Sequence record: NC_019410.1
Direction: 5' to 3' (one strand)
DNA: 64,000 nt
Below, piece by piece: positions 28,971-37,425 of the stretch. The translations under genes were made by a program, and so were the position numbers. Below the pieces are notes generated by a model. It was not told where the DNA came from. It did not search any database and saw nothing but the letters and a program-made list of their open reading frames with translations. Each line of letters opens with the position of its first letter. The stretch's first letter is position 1.

Positions 28971-30059
28971 TTAGAAGCGACCCCGGCCGCGCGAGGCGCG
29001 TTCGGTGCGCTCCTCGCCTTCGTCCTCGTCGTCGCGACCCCGGCCGCGCGTCGGACGCTCGTCACGCTCGTCCTCCTCGTCGCGGCTGCGACGGGCGGGG
29101 CGCTCGTCACGCTCCTCGCGGTCGTCGTCGCGGCTGCGGCGAGCCGGGCGCTCGTCTTCCTCGTCGCGCGAGCGACGGGCCGGACGTTCGTCCTCGTCGT
29201 CACGGCTGCGGCGGGCGGGACGCTCTTCCGGTTCGTCGTCGCGCGCGGCGCGGCGGCTCGAACGCTCTTCGCGCTCCTCCGGCTCGTCATCGCGGCTGCG
29301 GCGGCTCGAACGCTCTTCGCGCTCTTCGCGGTCGTCGTCACGCGAACGACGGGCCGGACGCTCGTCCTCGTCGTCGCGGCTGCGACGCGAGCGCTTGTCC
29401 TCGACGGCCTTGGGCTTGTCGTCGTAGTCGTCCGGCGTGCCTTCCAGCAGCGCGGCCAGTTCCGTCTCCGGCATCCAGCGCACGATCTTGAACTTCGGCG
29501 CGTACTTGGTGACCTTCCGGCCGCCCTTGGTCTTGCCCTCGAAGGGGTTGGAGTCCAGGGCGATGATCGGCACCTCGCCGGGGTGGTTGCGGAAGCTGTT
29601 GCCGAAGTCCTTCAGGAACGCGGCCAGCGCCCGGCGCTTGGAGACGTTGTTGGCCTGGAAGACCATCTCGACGTAGGGCTCGTCGATCAGACGGAAATCG
29701 ATCGTGTACTGCTCGACCGGGCCGTCTTCCTCGCCGTAGGGACCGTGGTCCGGCAGGCTGTTCTTCGACGGCTGCGGGCCGTCTTGCAGGGCGACCATTT
29801 CTTCGTAGACGACCTTGCCGTCCACCCAGATCACCCAGCCGCGCTTGTAGGAGCGCAGGTTGGCGGCCATTTCGGTGCCGTTCTTCAGCGGCTCGTCTTC
29901 GGCGCCGTAGGAGTACGTGCCGTCGTTGCCGTCGAACTTCATGAAGGCCTTGCCGTCGCCGCCGCCCTTGAGGTTGTTGGCCTCGTTGGCGATCGCGGCG
30001 TAGAAATCGTCCTGGCTGGCCAGATAGCCGCCGGCCGAACGCGTGGTGAGTTCACCCAT
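28971..30059 (-). CDS. Putative ssDNA-binding protein with a long R/D/E/S low-complexity C-terminal tail
   Basis: Located in the replication block; beta-rich N-terminal domain; the tail is made of RPARRSRDDEDE-like repeats. Confidence 0.55.
   Translation of the reverse strand: MGELTTRSAGGYLASQDDFYAAIANEANNLKGGGDGKAFMKFDGNDGTYSYGAEDEPLKNGTEMAANLRSYKRGWVIWVDGKVVYEEMVALQDGPQPSKNSLPDHGPYGEEDGPVEQYTIDFRLIDEPYVEMVFQANNVSKRRALAAFLKDFGNSFRNHPGEVPIIALDSNPFEGKTKGGRKVTKYAPKFKIVRWMPETELAALLEGTPDDYDDKPKAVEDKRSRRSRDDEDERPARRSRDDDREEREERSSRRSRDDEPEEREERSSRRAARDDEPEERPARRSRDDEDERPARRSRDEEDERPARRSRDDDREERDERPARRSRDEEDERDERPTRGRGRDDEDEGEERTERASRGRGRF
28990..29400 (-). repeat. Imperfect tandem coding repeats (ERPARRSRDDE.E units, ~36-48 bp)
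   Basis: About eight imperfect units are visible in both DNA and protein. Confidence 0.85.
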
Positions 30060-30171
30060 TTGCTGATACCTATTTTCTGTGGAGTTCCTCGGAGGCGCGA
30101 GTGCCTCCGAGGCTGTTACTAGGACTAGGCTGAGACTAGGCTAGGACTGGTGGAAGACTTCGTAAGTTGAG

Positions 30172-31308
30172 CTACTCCTCGTCCGCCTTCTGAGCACCCT
30201 TTTCAGAGATGTTCAGGCGACCGTGGCCCTCGCCTTCCCTCATGTAGTCTTCGATGTTGAGACCATTTTCCGCCAGCGCTTCGCGAACGGCGCTGGTGTC
30301 GAGGGTCTTGCGACCCTTGATCCACGAGATGGAGGCCTTGATCTTTCCGTCTGCCGACTTCGCGACCCGGACTCCGGTGTTGTGGAACCACTGCTTCAGA
30401 GCCTCCGAAGCAGCCTTGTGTCCCACTTCGGCCGCCTTTTTCGCAGCCGAGGCGCACCGCTCCTCGGCCACAAGGCGTTCGAACTCTTCCAGGATCGGCG
30501 CGGGCGTCGTCTTCGAGTTGGCCTCGCCGCTCGTGGGGGTGGACTTCTTGGTCGTCTGGGCGCAGGCGACCTTGAACGGGCAGTAGGTGCAGGAGCTATC
30601 GATCTTGCCCTCGGCCATGACCTCCGACGGGTCCTTGATGGCGAAGACGTCGTGCGCGCGCTGCATGGCGACGTCGAACACCTTCTGGTCGAAGGGGACG
30701 ACGAACACCTCGATGTCGTCGAAGAACGAAGCGTCGATGTAGATGATGACCGCGTAGTTGGGCCGCCAGGACGAAAGCTGGCGCGTCAATCCCATCTGGA
30801 CGATCGTCTGGCCCCTATGGATGCTTTTCTCCTCCTTCAGGTTCACCCGAGGATCGATCGACTTGATCTCCAGGTTGAAGCAGTTGGAGGGGTGCTCGAC
30901 GTCCTTGCGCGAGCCGCCCAGGGAGGCGATGCCGTACTCGGCCAGGGCGTCGTCGTCGGCGTAGATCACCAGACCGTCGGGCGTGGCCGACAGGGGCGCT
31001 TCGGGCGAGATGAGGGTCCGCTGGTTCGCGCCGCCCCAGATCAACTGGGCGTCGCGGGTCAGGTTCTCGGTGATCCACTTCACGCCGGGCTCGACGAAGT
31101 AGTTCTCGATCAGGTCGCCGCGTTGCAGCGCGCCCCAGGACTGCTCGTAGTCCGGGTCCTTCGGGGCGCCGTGCTTGGCGAACCACACCTTGCGCAGGCA
31201 CCCGAACGCCTCCGAGGCGCCGACCGACTTGCTGCGGTCGTGCTTCCACACCTTCTGGTGGGCCTCGACGTATTCGTTAAACCCGGATTTGAAGTTGATC
31301 GCAGCCAT
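30172..31308 (-). CDS. Cas4-like PD-(D/E)xK exonuclease
   Basis: GASEAFGCLRK, ATPDG, LEIKS, Q...QMG and C-terminal CTYCPFKVAC (Fe-S cysteines). Confidence 0.8.
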   Translation of the reverse strand: MAAINFKSGFNEYVEAHQKVWKHDRSKSVGASEAFGCLRKVWFAKHGAPKDPDYEQSWGALQRGDLIENYFVEPGVKWITENLTRDAQLIWGGANQRTLISPEAPLSATPDGLVIYADDDALAEYGIASLGGSRKDVEHPSNCFNLEIKSIDPRVNLKEEKSIHRGQTIVQMGLTRQLSSWRPNYAVIIYIDASFFDDIEVFVVPFDQKVFDVAMQRAHDVFAIKDPSEVMAEGKIDSSCTYCPFKVACAQTTKKSTPTSGEANSKTTPAPILEEFERLVAEERCASAAKKAAEVGHKAASEALKQWFHNTGVRVAKSADGKIKASISWIKGRKTLDTSAVREALAENGLNIEDYMREGEGHGRLNISEKGAQKADEE

Positions 31309-31379
31309 CGCGCACCGTCACATTTCTCTGGTATCGTGACTTGGGTTCATCCAGGGTCACGGGCCTGGGGCGCGGCGCG

Positions 31380-31463
31380 CTAGGGGCGATCGAGCTTGTT
31401 ACGCAGCCAGATCAGGAAGGCGGCCCCGATGCAGCCGGCGGCGATCCAGAACAGGTCGGTCAC
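31380..31463 (-). CDS. 27-aa single-TM peptide (MTDLFWIAAGCIGAAFLIWLRNKLDRP), not in the ORF track
   Basis: GTG start overlaps the upstream stop (GTGA); hydrophobic core. Confidence 0.5.
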   Translation of the reverse strand: MTDLFWIAAGCIGAAFLIWLRNKLDRP

Positions 31464-32089
31464 GCGGCCTTCTCCCGCATCTTGGCCGCGACCATGTCTT
31501 CCATGGCGTAGTAGCAGCGCTGGGTGGCGAGGACGTCGGCGATGGCGGTGTGGGCGTCCTCGAACCCCTCGCCGATCAGGTGCTTGTGGAGGTCGATCAG
31601 CTTGGGCTTGCGATAGCCGCCCTGGCGGGCCGGCAGCTTCATCAGCGGCATGCCGGCCAGGATGGTGTCGAACATCGCCTTGCCCGCGAACGGATCGGCG
31701 TCCGGGCGGCCCAGGACGCGCCGGACGACATTGGTCATGATCTTGTTGTCGAACGAGACATGGTTGTGGCCGACGACCACGTCAGCGACCGCGACGAGGT
31801 CGCAGAAGGCCTCGATGACCAGCACCTCGGTGATCCCGATCTGCTCGGAAAGCTCGGGGCTGATCCCGTGGATGGCGGCGGCCCCGCCCTTGCCGTCCTT
31901 GCCGACGGTCCAGTCTTGCAGCACGTTCGCCGGGACATCGCCCAGGCGCAGGATCATGTCCAGGCGCTGCATCTCCTTGCGTTCCGGATTGGCCAGGATC
32001 GCGCCCAGTTGGACGACGCGAGGCTGTTCGTCCAGGGAGCGTTTGCTGTCCGGAAAGCCGGTGGTTTCGGTGTCGTAGAAAAGGATCAT
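31460..32089 (-). CDS. DEDDh 3'-5' exonuclease (DnaQ-like)
   Basis: FYDTETTG, VGHNHVSFD and DAHTAIADV motifs. Confidence 0.9.
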   Translation of the reverse strand: MILFYDTETTGFPDSKRSLDEQPRVVQLGAILANPERKEMQRLDMILRLGDVPANVLQDWTVGKDGKGGAAAIHGISPELSEQIGITEVLVIEAFCDLVAVADVVVGHNHVSFDNKIMTNVVRRVLGRPDADPFAGKAMFDTILAGMPLMKLPARQGGYRKPKLIDLHKHLIGEGFEDAHTAIADVLATQRCYYAMEDMVAAKMREKAA

Positions 32090-32136
32090 CGGGCGATCTC
32101 GTTCGGGAGTGTCTTGTTAACCAAGTTCCGGATGGG

Positions 32137-32153
32137 TGTCAAGATTCACGACA
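32137..32153 (-). promoter_or_regulatory. Recurrent motif TGTCGTGAATCTTGACA
   Basis: Perfect consensus copy; GTTAAC lies about 16 bp downstream on the minus strand. Confidence 0.65.
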
Positions 32154-32160
32154 TAGAAAG

Positions 32161-32835
32161 TCACGAAGCACGACTCACGCCCTGGGCTTTGATGATCTCG
32201 TAGATACGCTGGGCCGACAGGCTGTAGGCCTCGGCCAGTTGCGCCACCGGCTCGCCCTTGGCGTAGCAGTCGGCGATCTCGGCGTAGAACCGCTTCTTGG
32301 CCTCCTCCCGGCGCAGCTTGGCGTCGGGGGCGTGGCGGTCGATGAAGCGGTAGATCGCGATCCGGCTGACCCCGTAGTCCTTGGCGATCAAGGGCACGGG
32401 GGCGAAGGCGGCGTAGCTTTCGATGATGTCGGCGGCGTGGTCGGCGAGGGCCATGGGGTTCTCCAGGAGGGCGAGAGCGCGGTCGATCACCACCGCCGCG
32501 CGCTTCGAGGGCTGTTTGGTCAGGAAGCCGCAGCGGCGGCCGGCGGCGTAGGGCGGCTCCAGCCCTACGCAGAGGTACTGGTCGGCGGTCGGGTCCGCGC
32601 GGTAGCCGCCGGCGGCCTCAAGCCACCAGTGGGTCCCGCCGTCGGGGTCGCGCCCGACCATCGGCCGCCAGCCGCCGTCCCAACCGTCCAGCAGATGCCA
32701 GAGCGCCTCGGAGGCGACATAGCAGTGCCCGGCGGTCGGGTTGGAAGCCGTGTACGCGGAACGATAGGGCTCGTGCAGAAGCTCGGGTGTGAGGCTCTTC
32801 TGGACCGCGATAAGGGTTTCGAGCGGCGCCTGCAT
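32161..32835 (-). CDS. Hypothetical protein with C-terminal tandem HTH-like motifs
   Basis: ATG 32835 overlaps the polymerase stop (TGATG); LIAKDYGVSRIAIYR and LAEAYSLSAQRIYEII. Confidence 0.65.
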   Translation of the reverse strand: MQAPLETLIAVQKSLTPELLHEPYRSAYTASNPTAGHCYVASEALWHLLDGWDGGWRPMVGRDPDGGTHWWLEAAGGYRADPTADQYLCVGLEPPYAAGRRCGFLTKQPSKRAAVVIDRALALLENPMALADHAADIIESYAAFAPVPLIAKDYGVSRIAIYRFIDRHAPDAKLRREEAKKRFYAEIADCYAKGEPVAQLAEAYSLSAQRIYEIIKAQGVSRAS

Positions 32836-35081
32836 CAGTGCGTCTCCGCCCAGGTGCGGCCCCACTTGACGTCGACATCGACCGGCAGGCGGAAATCGAA
32901 CCGCTCGCCGGCTTCCTTCGCCGCGTCGACGATGTTGCGGCGGCAGATTTCCTTGATCGCCGGATCGTCGCGCACCGCCACCTGCATTTCGTCGTGGACC
33001 CAGGCCAGGACGGCGTAGTCGCCGTGCCAGCCATGGACGAGCCCGTCGTCTTCGTTGAAGGTCTCGAAGTTGACGCACCAGCCCTTGGCGATCGTGGCGC
33101 CGGCGCCCTGGAGCTTGGTGTTGAGGGCCGAGTGCTTGGCCCGCACGAAGAGGTGGCGGCCGTCGAGGGCGTCGACATAGCCGCGCTTGGCCTCGCGCTG
33201 GACGGACTTGACCACCTGTTGCAGCGCCGGGATGCGCGTCATGATCCGCCGCCGCATTTCCGCGCCCAGGGCCTTGGCCTTGGCGACGTTCATGGTCAGG
33301 GACGGGTCGACGGTGCAGCCCAGCTTGTAGTCCTGGGCGCCGTAGATCATGGCGTAGATGAAGGTCTTGGCGGTGTCGCGCGACTCCATCTCCATGGCCG
33401 CTTGGTGGACGCCGTGGACATCGCCATCGAGCACGATCTTGCCGTACTGCCCGTTGTCGAACTCCGCCATGAAGTGGGCCAGACAGCGCAGTTCGATACC
33501 GGCTTGGTCGGCGCCCATCAGGGTCCAGCCCTCGGGGACGTAGAAGAGGTCGCGGCAGTCCCAGCCGTGATCGCCCTCGCGGCCCTTCATCAGGACCTTC
33601 TTGGTGACCACCTCGCCCTTTTCGTTCAGGGTGAACTCGCCCTCGGGCGTCAGCACCGGGCGGCCCCGGATTTGCTTGCCGTCCGGGCCGAGCAGCGGGA
33701 TCGTCTTGGCCTCGTCCTTCCACTGCGGCGGCGACTTGAAGACGACGCGGGGGACCTGGGCGATGTTGGGGTTGGAGTGCGAGGCCCGGTTGGTCACCGT
33801 GCCCCCGACGTTGACGCGGCCGTGAATCTTGCCGTCGCCGTTCCACTCCTCGCACTTGACCAGCCAGCCGTTCTTGCCGTCGACCAACTGCCCCAGGCGC
33901 TTCTTGTAGTAGAAGATTTCCGCCAGGGTCTCGCAGATCGGGATCACCAGCTTCTTGGTGTTCTCGTCCTCGGCCTTGGCCAGATCGCGCAGCACCTCGT
34001 CGTCCACCACCGGCGAGCCGGTTTCGGTGAACTCCTGGGGTTGCCAGCCATAGACCTTGGTCAGGCGGTCGATGATCTGCGGACGCGAGTTGGGGTTGAA
34101 CGGCGTCAGCTTGACCGGGCAGAAGGCCGCGCCGGCGGTGCGGTCCCCCTTCATCGGGTCCTTGTACTTGACATCGCGCGTCGGGACCGTCACCTCGGCC
34201 CAGTGCTCGCGGCTGTCGTCCTCGCCGAACTCGGGGCGCGGCTTGTAGGCGACCTGCTCCTTCTCGGGCTTGCCGGTCTCGGGCGAGGTGTAGGTGGTCG
34301 ACTTGTGGCGCTTGAGCCACTTGCCCGGCACCCACCAGGAGCCAAAGTGCGCGATCGCCTCGTCCGACATCCTAGTGTGGGCGGTGCGCAGTTCCTCTTC
34401 CAGGCGGCGCGCGCGCTCGCGGTGGAACGGGAAGCCGTTGCGCTGCACCCGCTCCATCATGTCGTGGATCATGTGTTCGAGCGTGATCGCGGTCTTCGAC
34501 CACGGCCGGCTCTCGATCTTGCGCCACAGGGCCTCGGTGACCTCGACGTCTTGAATCGCGTAGTCTTCCATGTCCTGGTTCCAGGACCCCCAGACGTAGC
34601 GACTGATCTCGGCCTTGTCGGTGATGCCCTTGGCCTTGGCCTCTTCCTCGGCCACGTCGGCGTAATCGCCCTTGGGGAAGCCCAGGCGCTGGCCCCAGGC
34701 ACCCAGTTCATGCGAGCCGATATAGCCGCCCCACAGGTCGCCGCGCTTCCACATCCGGAAGTCGTCGTCCTTGAGGTCGGCGAACAGCATGCGCGTCATC
34801 ACCAGGGTGTCGCGGATGATCCCCTGGGGATTGAACTTGTCGCCGTAGACCTTCCACAGGGCCTCGCAGTCGAAGCCGATGATGTTGTGGCCGATCAGCA
34901 TGTCGGCGTCGTTCAGCATCGCGACGCCTTCGAGGATGTTGTCCTCGCGCTTGTTGCGGTGGAAGACCCAGCGCTGACGGGTGTCGGCGTCCTTGATCAC
35001 CAGGATGTGGATGCGCGTCAGTTGCAGCAGCAGCCCATCGGTTTCCAAGTCGAACAGGAGCCGGCGCTTACGGAGCTTCAT
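32835..35081 (-). CDS. Family A (T7-like) DNA polymerase with a 3'-5' exonuclease domain
   Basis: FDLETDG, GHNIIGFD, GADQAGIELR, AKTFIYAMIYGA and WVHDE motifs. Confidence 0.95.
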   Translation of the reverse strand: MKLRKRRLLFDLETDGLLLQLTRIHILVIKDADTRQRWVFHRNKREDNILEGVAMLNDADMLIGHNIIGFDCEALWKVYGDKFNPQGIIRDTLVMTRMLFADLKDDDFRMWKRGDLWGGYIGSHELGAWGQRLGFPKGDYADVAEEEAKAKGITDKAEISRYVWGSWNQDMEDYAIQDVEVTEALWRKIESRPWSKTAITLEHMIHDMMERVQRNGFPFHRERARRLEEELRTAHTRMSDEAIAHFGSWWVPGKWLKRHKSTTYTSPETGKPEKEQVAYKPRPEFGEDDSREHWAEVTVPTRDVKYKDPMKGDRTAGAAFCPVKLTPFNPNSRPQIIDRLTKVYGWQPQEFTETGSPVVDDEVLRDLAKAEDENTKKLVIPICETLAEIFYYKKRLGQLVDGKNGWLVKCEEWNGDGKIHGRVNVGGTVTNRASHSNPNIAQVPRVVFKSPPQWKDEAKTIPLLGPDGKQIRGRPVLTPEGEFTLNEKGEVVTKKVLMKGREGDHGWDCRDLFYVPEGWTLMGADQAGIELRCLAHFMAEFDNGQYGKIVLDGDVHGVHQAAMEMESRDTAKTFIYAMIYGAQDYKLGCTVDPSLTMNVAKAKALGAEMRRRIMTRIPALQQVVKSVQREAKRGYVDALDGRHLFVRAKHSALNTKLQGAGATIAKGWCVNFETFNEDDGLVHGWHGDYAVLAWVHDEMQVAVRDDPAIKEICRRNIVDAAKEAGERFDFRLPVDVDVKWGRTWAETH

Positions 35082-36126
35082 GGAGCACCTTGAGGATTTG
35101 ATCGCCGATCCAGTCCACCATCGGGACGATCAGGCTGTTGCCGACGATGGTCCGGCGCTCGGTGTCCGAGAGCCCTTCGATCGCGGTGTGGCCGACGGGC
35201 ATGCCCATCAGGCGCTCGTACTCGGACACGGTGTGATTGCGGATGCGCCAGTCCTCGCCTTCCTTGACGAGCAGCATGGCGACGCTGGAGCCGCCGCCGG
35301 CCGTGCGCAGGCAGTTGGCGATTACGCCGCGCTCTTCGATTTGCTGGTCGGGGCGTCCGCGAACAGCGAGGGATCGAGCCCGTGGGACAGGGCGGCCGTC
35401 AATTCCGGCGACAAGGTCCGACCGGCTCGGATCGCGTTGTTCAGGAGGGTCAAACGCCGGGACGGGCTCATGTACAATCCGGCGGGGATCGATTCCGGAG
35501 CGTCGAGTACACGCGACAAGCACAAGCCGGGGGCGGGACTGGGGGATTCCGAACTGGGGACCGTCGAAGACCGTCCAGGCGATCGCGCGGCGCGGTCCCA
35601 GCACATAACCACAGTCCGGCCACCGATTCCCTGCCGCGTCGTCGTCACCTTCGGGCTTTCCGTAGGGATAGAGGGGTTCTCGCTCGCCGGCGAGGCGTCC
35701 GAGGAATTGTCCAAAGGCGTTGTCCTTGTTGGAGAGGAGCTTGACCACGTTCTCGAAGCAGAAGATCGGAGGATCGACCTCGTCGATCACCCGCAGGCCC
35801 GAAAGGGTCAGTTGTCCGCGCGGGTCGGCCAGACCCAGGCCCTTGCCGGCCTCGCTCCACGGCTGGCAGGGGAACGACGCCCACAGGACGTCGACCTTGC
35901 CCTCGTGAGGCGTGCCGTCGATCTGTTCGAGGTTCCCGAGGTTCGGGACGGCCTTCCAGTGCGTCTCCAGGAGACGGATCGGGGCCGAGGCGATCTCGCT
36001 GAAGAAGCGGGCCTTGCCGCCCTTCTTCTCCCACGCCACCGAGGGGACGTCGGCGCCGGAGCAAAGGGTCGCAAAGACCCACGGCGTGACGCCGGAGGCG
36101 TCCGCAGGGGAGGGGTTCGGGGACAT
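35068..36126 (-). CDS. DNA cytosine-C5 methyltransferase
   Basis: SFPCQPWS.AG, ENV, QSRPR and ERLMG motifs. Confidence 0.88.
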   Translation of the reverse strand: MSPNPSPADASGVTPWVFATLCSGADVPSVAWEKKGGKARFFSEIASAPIRLLETHWKAVPNLGNLEQIDGTPHEGKVDVLWASFPCQPWSEAGKGLGLADPRGQLTLSGLRVIDEVDPPIFCFENVVKLLSNKDNAFGQFLGRLAGEREPLYPYGKPEGDDDAAGNRWPDCGYVLGPRRAIAWTVFDGPQFGIPQSRPRLVLVACTRRSGIDPRRIVHEPVPAFDPPEQRDPSRSDLVAGIDGRPVPRARSLAVRGRPDQQIEERGVIANCLRTAGGGSSVAMLLVKEGEDWRIRNHTVSEYERLMGMPVGHTAIEGLSDTERRTIVGNSLIVPMVDWIGDQILKVLHEAP

Positions 36127-36181
36127 GGCTCTATGGTTAACGGATGTCGTGAATCACGTCAAGAAATGTCGTCAACGACGA

Positions 36182-36970
36182 CTACTCTTGAGGGGCGGCG
36201 GGCCGTTGCAGGCGCGCGTGCATGGCCTCGATCTCCTCGTCCGACAGGGGCCGGCGGCCCGTGGTCTTGACCTCGCCACGCCAGATGACGTCGGCGAGCT
36301 TGAGGAACGCCTTGGCGAGCTTCTGCTTGTCGGTGTGCCCGATCGCGCGCTGAAGGCCCTCGGGCCAGCGCGGCGGCAGGGCGTAGAAATACATCAGCCC
36401 CGGCCGGGTCCAGACGTCGACGGCGAAGTCGCCCGCCTGCCGCTTTCCCACCGCGAACGACTGGTCGCCCAGCATCGCGACGTTGTTCTCGTCGTAGTAG
36501 CCGATCCCCAGCCTGATCTTGTCGATCTCACTGTCATAGGCCAGCCACAGGCAGCGCCCGTCGCCCAGGGGGACGTTCTCGATCTCCCAGTCCTGGGGAT
36601 GGCCCCAGACCGCGTCGTGGGCTTCGCGGATGGCGTCGGCCAGCATGCCGGTGATCGTCTTGGGCGAGACCGAATCCCCGACCACCAGGAACGAGCCGGG
36701 CTCGATCTCCAGGGTCTTGTCGACCCCGAAGTGCTCGGCCAGCCGCCCGGCCTTGAACGAGAAGCCCTCGCGCTCGATGCGGTCGGCGATCTCGTAGGCG
36801 AATCCAGGCTTGAGGTTGAGCGTCATCACGTGCGAGACGTTCAGGCCCGAGGCCGATTCATGCCCGAGCCCGATCTGGATCGAGTGGGTCTCAGACGTCA
36901 CCAGGGCATAGAGGAAGCCCCCGGAGGGCCGGGTCGGATAGGCGACCCGGCGGGAGAAGAGAAGGGTCAT
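36182..36970 (-). CDS. Hypothetical protein
   Basis: 262-aa ORF with typical codons. Confidence 0.7.
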   Translation of the reverse strand: MTLLFSRRVAYPTRPSGGFLYALVTSETHSIQIGLGHESASGLNVSHVMTLNLKPGFAYEIADRIEREGFSFKAGRLAEHFGVDKTLEIEPGSFLVVGDSVSPKTITGMLADAIREAHDAVWGHPQDWEIENVPLGDGRCLWLAYDSEIDKIRLGIGYYDENNVAMLGDQSFAVGKRQAGDFAVDVWTRPGLMYFYALPPRWPEGLQRAIGHTDKQKLAKAFLKLADVIWRGEVKTTGRRPLSDEEIEAMHARLQRPAAPQE

Positions 36971-36972
36971 GA

Positions 36973-37425
36973 TTACTCCTGAAGGCTTTCGTAGAAACTA
37001 ACCAGGGCCTTGAGGTCCTTTAGATCGCCACTGTTTTTGAGGCGATTGGCTTTCCAACTCACGATCACGACGTTTCCAGGGACATAGCCTTGGGTGTTGT
37101 CGATACGATCAAGAGATGGCGAGTGATCGTGCATCCGTCCGGAACCCGCCGAAAGACGAAGTCCTAGCGCCGGACAGACTTCGGGAATCGTGAGGTCAGC
37201 TTCCGTCAGCGTGAAGGGGATGCCTGCCTGCTTCGCTCGTCCACGCGCGGTCGACAGGAGGGCAGAAAGAAACCCTCCCGTCGCATAGCGGAACCGCCGT
37301 TTAGCGGAACGACAAACCGAACACGTGCGTCGCCGCCCATTATTTCTCGACCGGTCTTTGGAGAACTGGTCGAGGGTTTTACGAACTCCGCAGGCATTGC
37401 ATCGCTGCGTGATCACAAGCGCCAA
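36973..37425 (-). CDS. HNH (His-Me) endonuclease, probably mobile
   Basis: CxxC pairs and SLDRIDNTQGYVPGNV.IVS..AN..K; visibly lower GC than the flanks. Confidence 0.8.
   Translation of the reverse strand: MALVITQRCNACGVRKTLDQFSKDRSRNNGRRRTCSVCRSAKRRFRYATGGFLSALLSTARGRAKQAGIPFTLTEADLTIPEVCPALGLRLSAGSGRMHDHSPSLDRIDNTQGYVPGNVVIVSWKANRLKNSGDLKDLKALVSFYESLQE

Noticed and set aside
28990-29400. CRISPR-like periodic repeats
   Set aside because: The repeats are in-frame coding units without unique spacers.
30172-31308. CRISPR-Cas system suggested by the Cas4-like gene
   Set aside because: There is no repeat-spacer array and no cas1/cas2 in the window; solo Cas4-like nucleases are common in phage replication modules.
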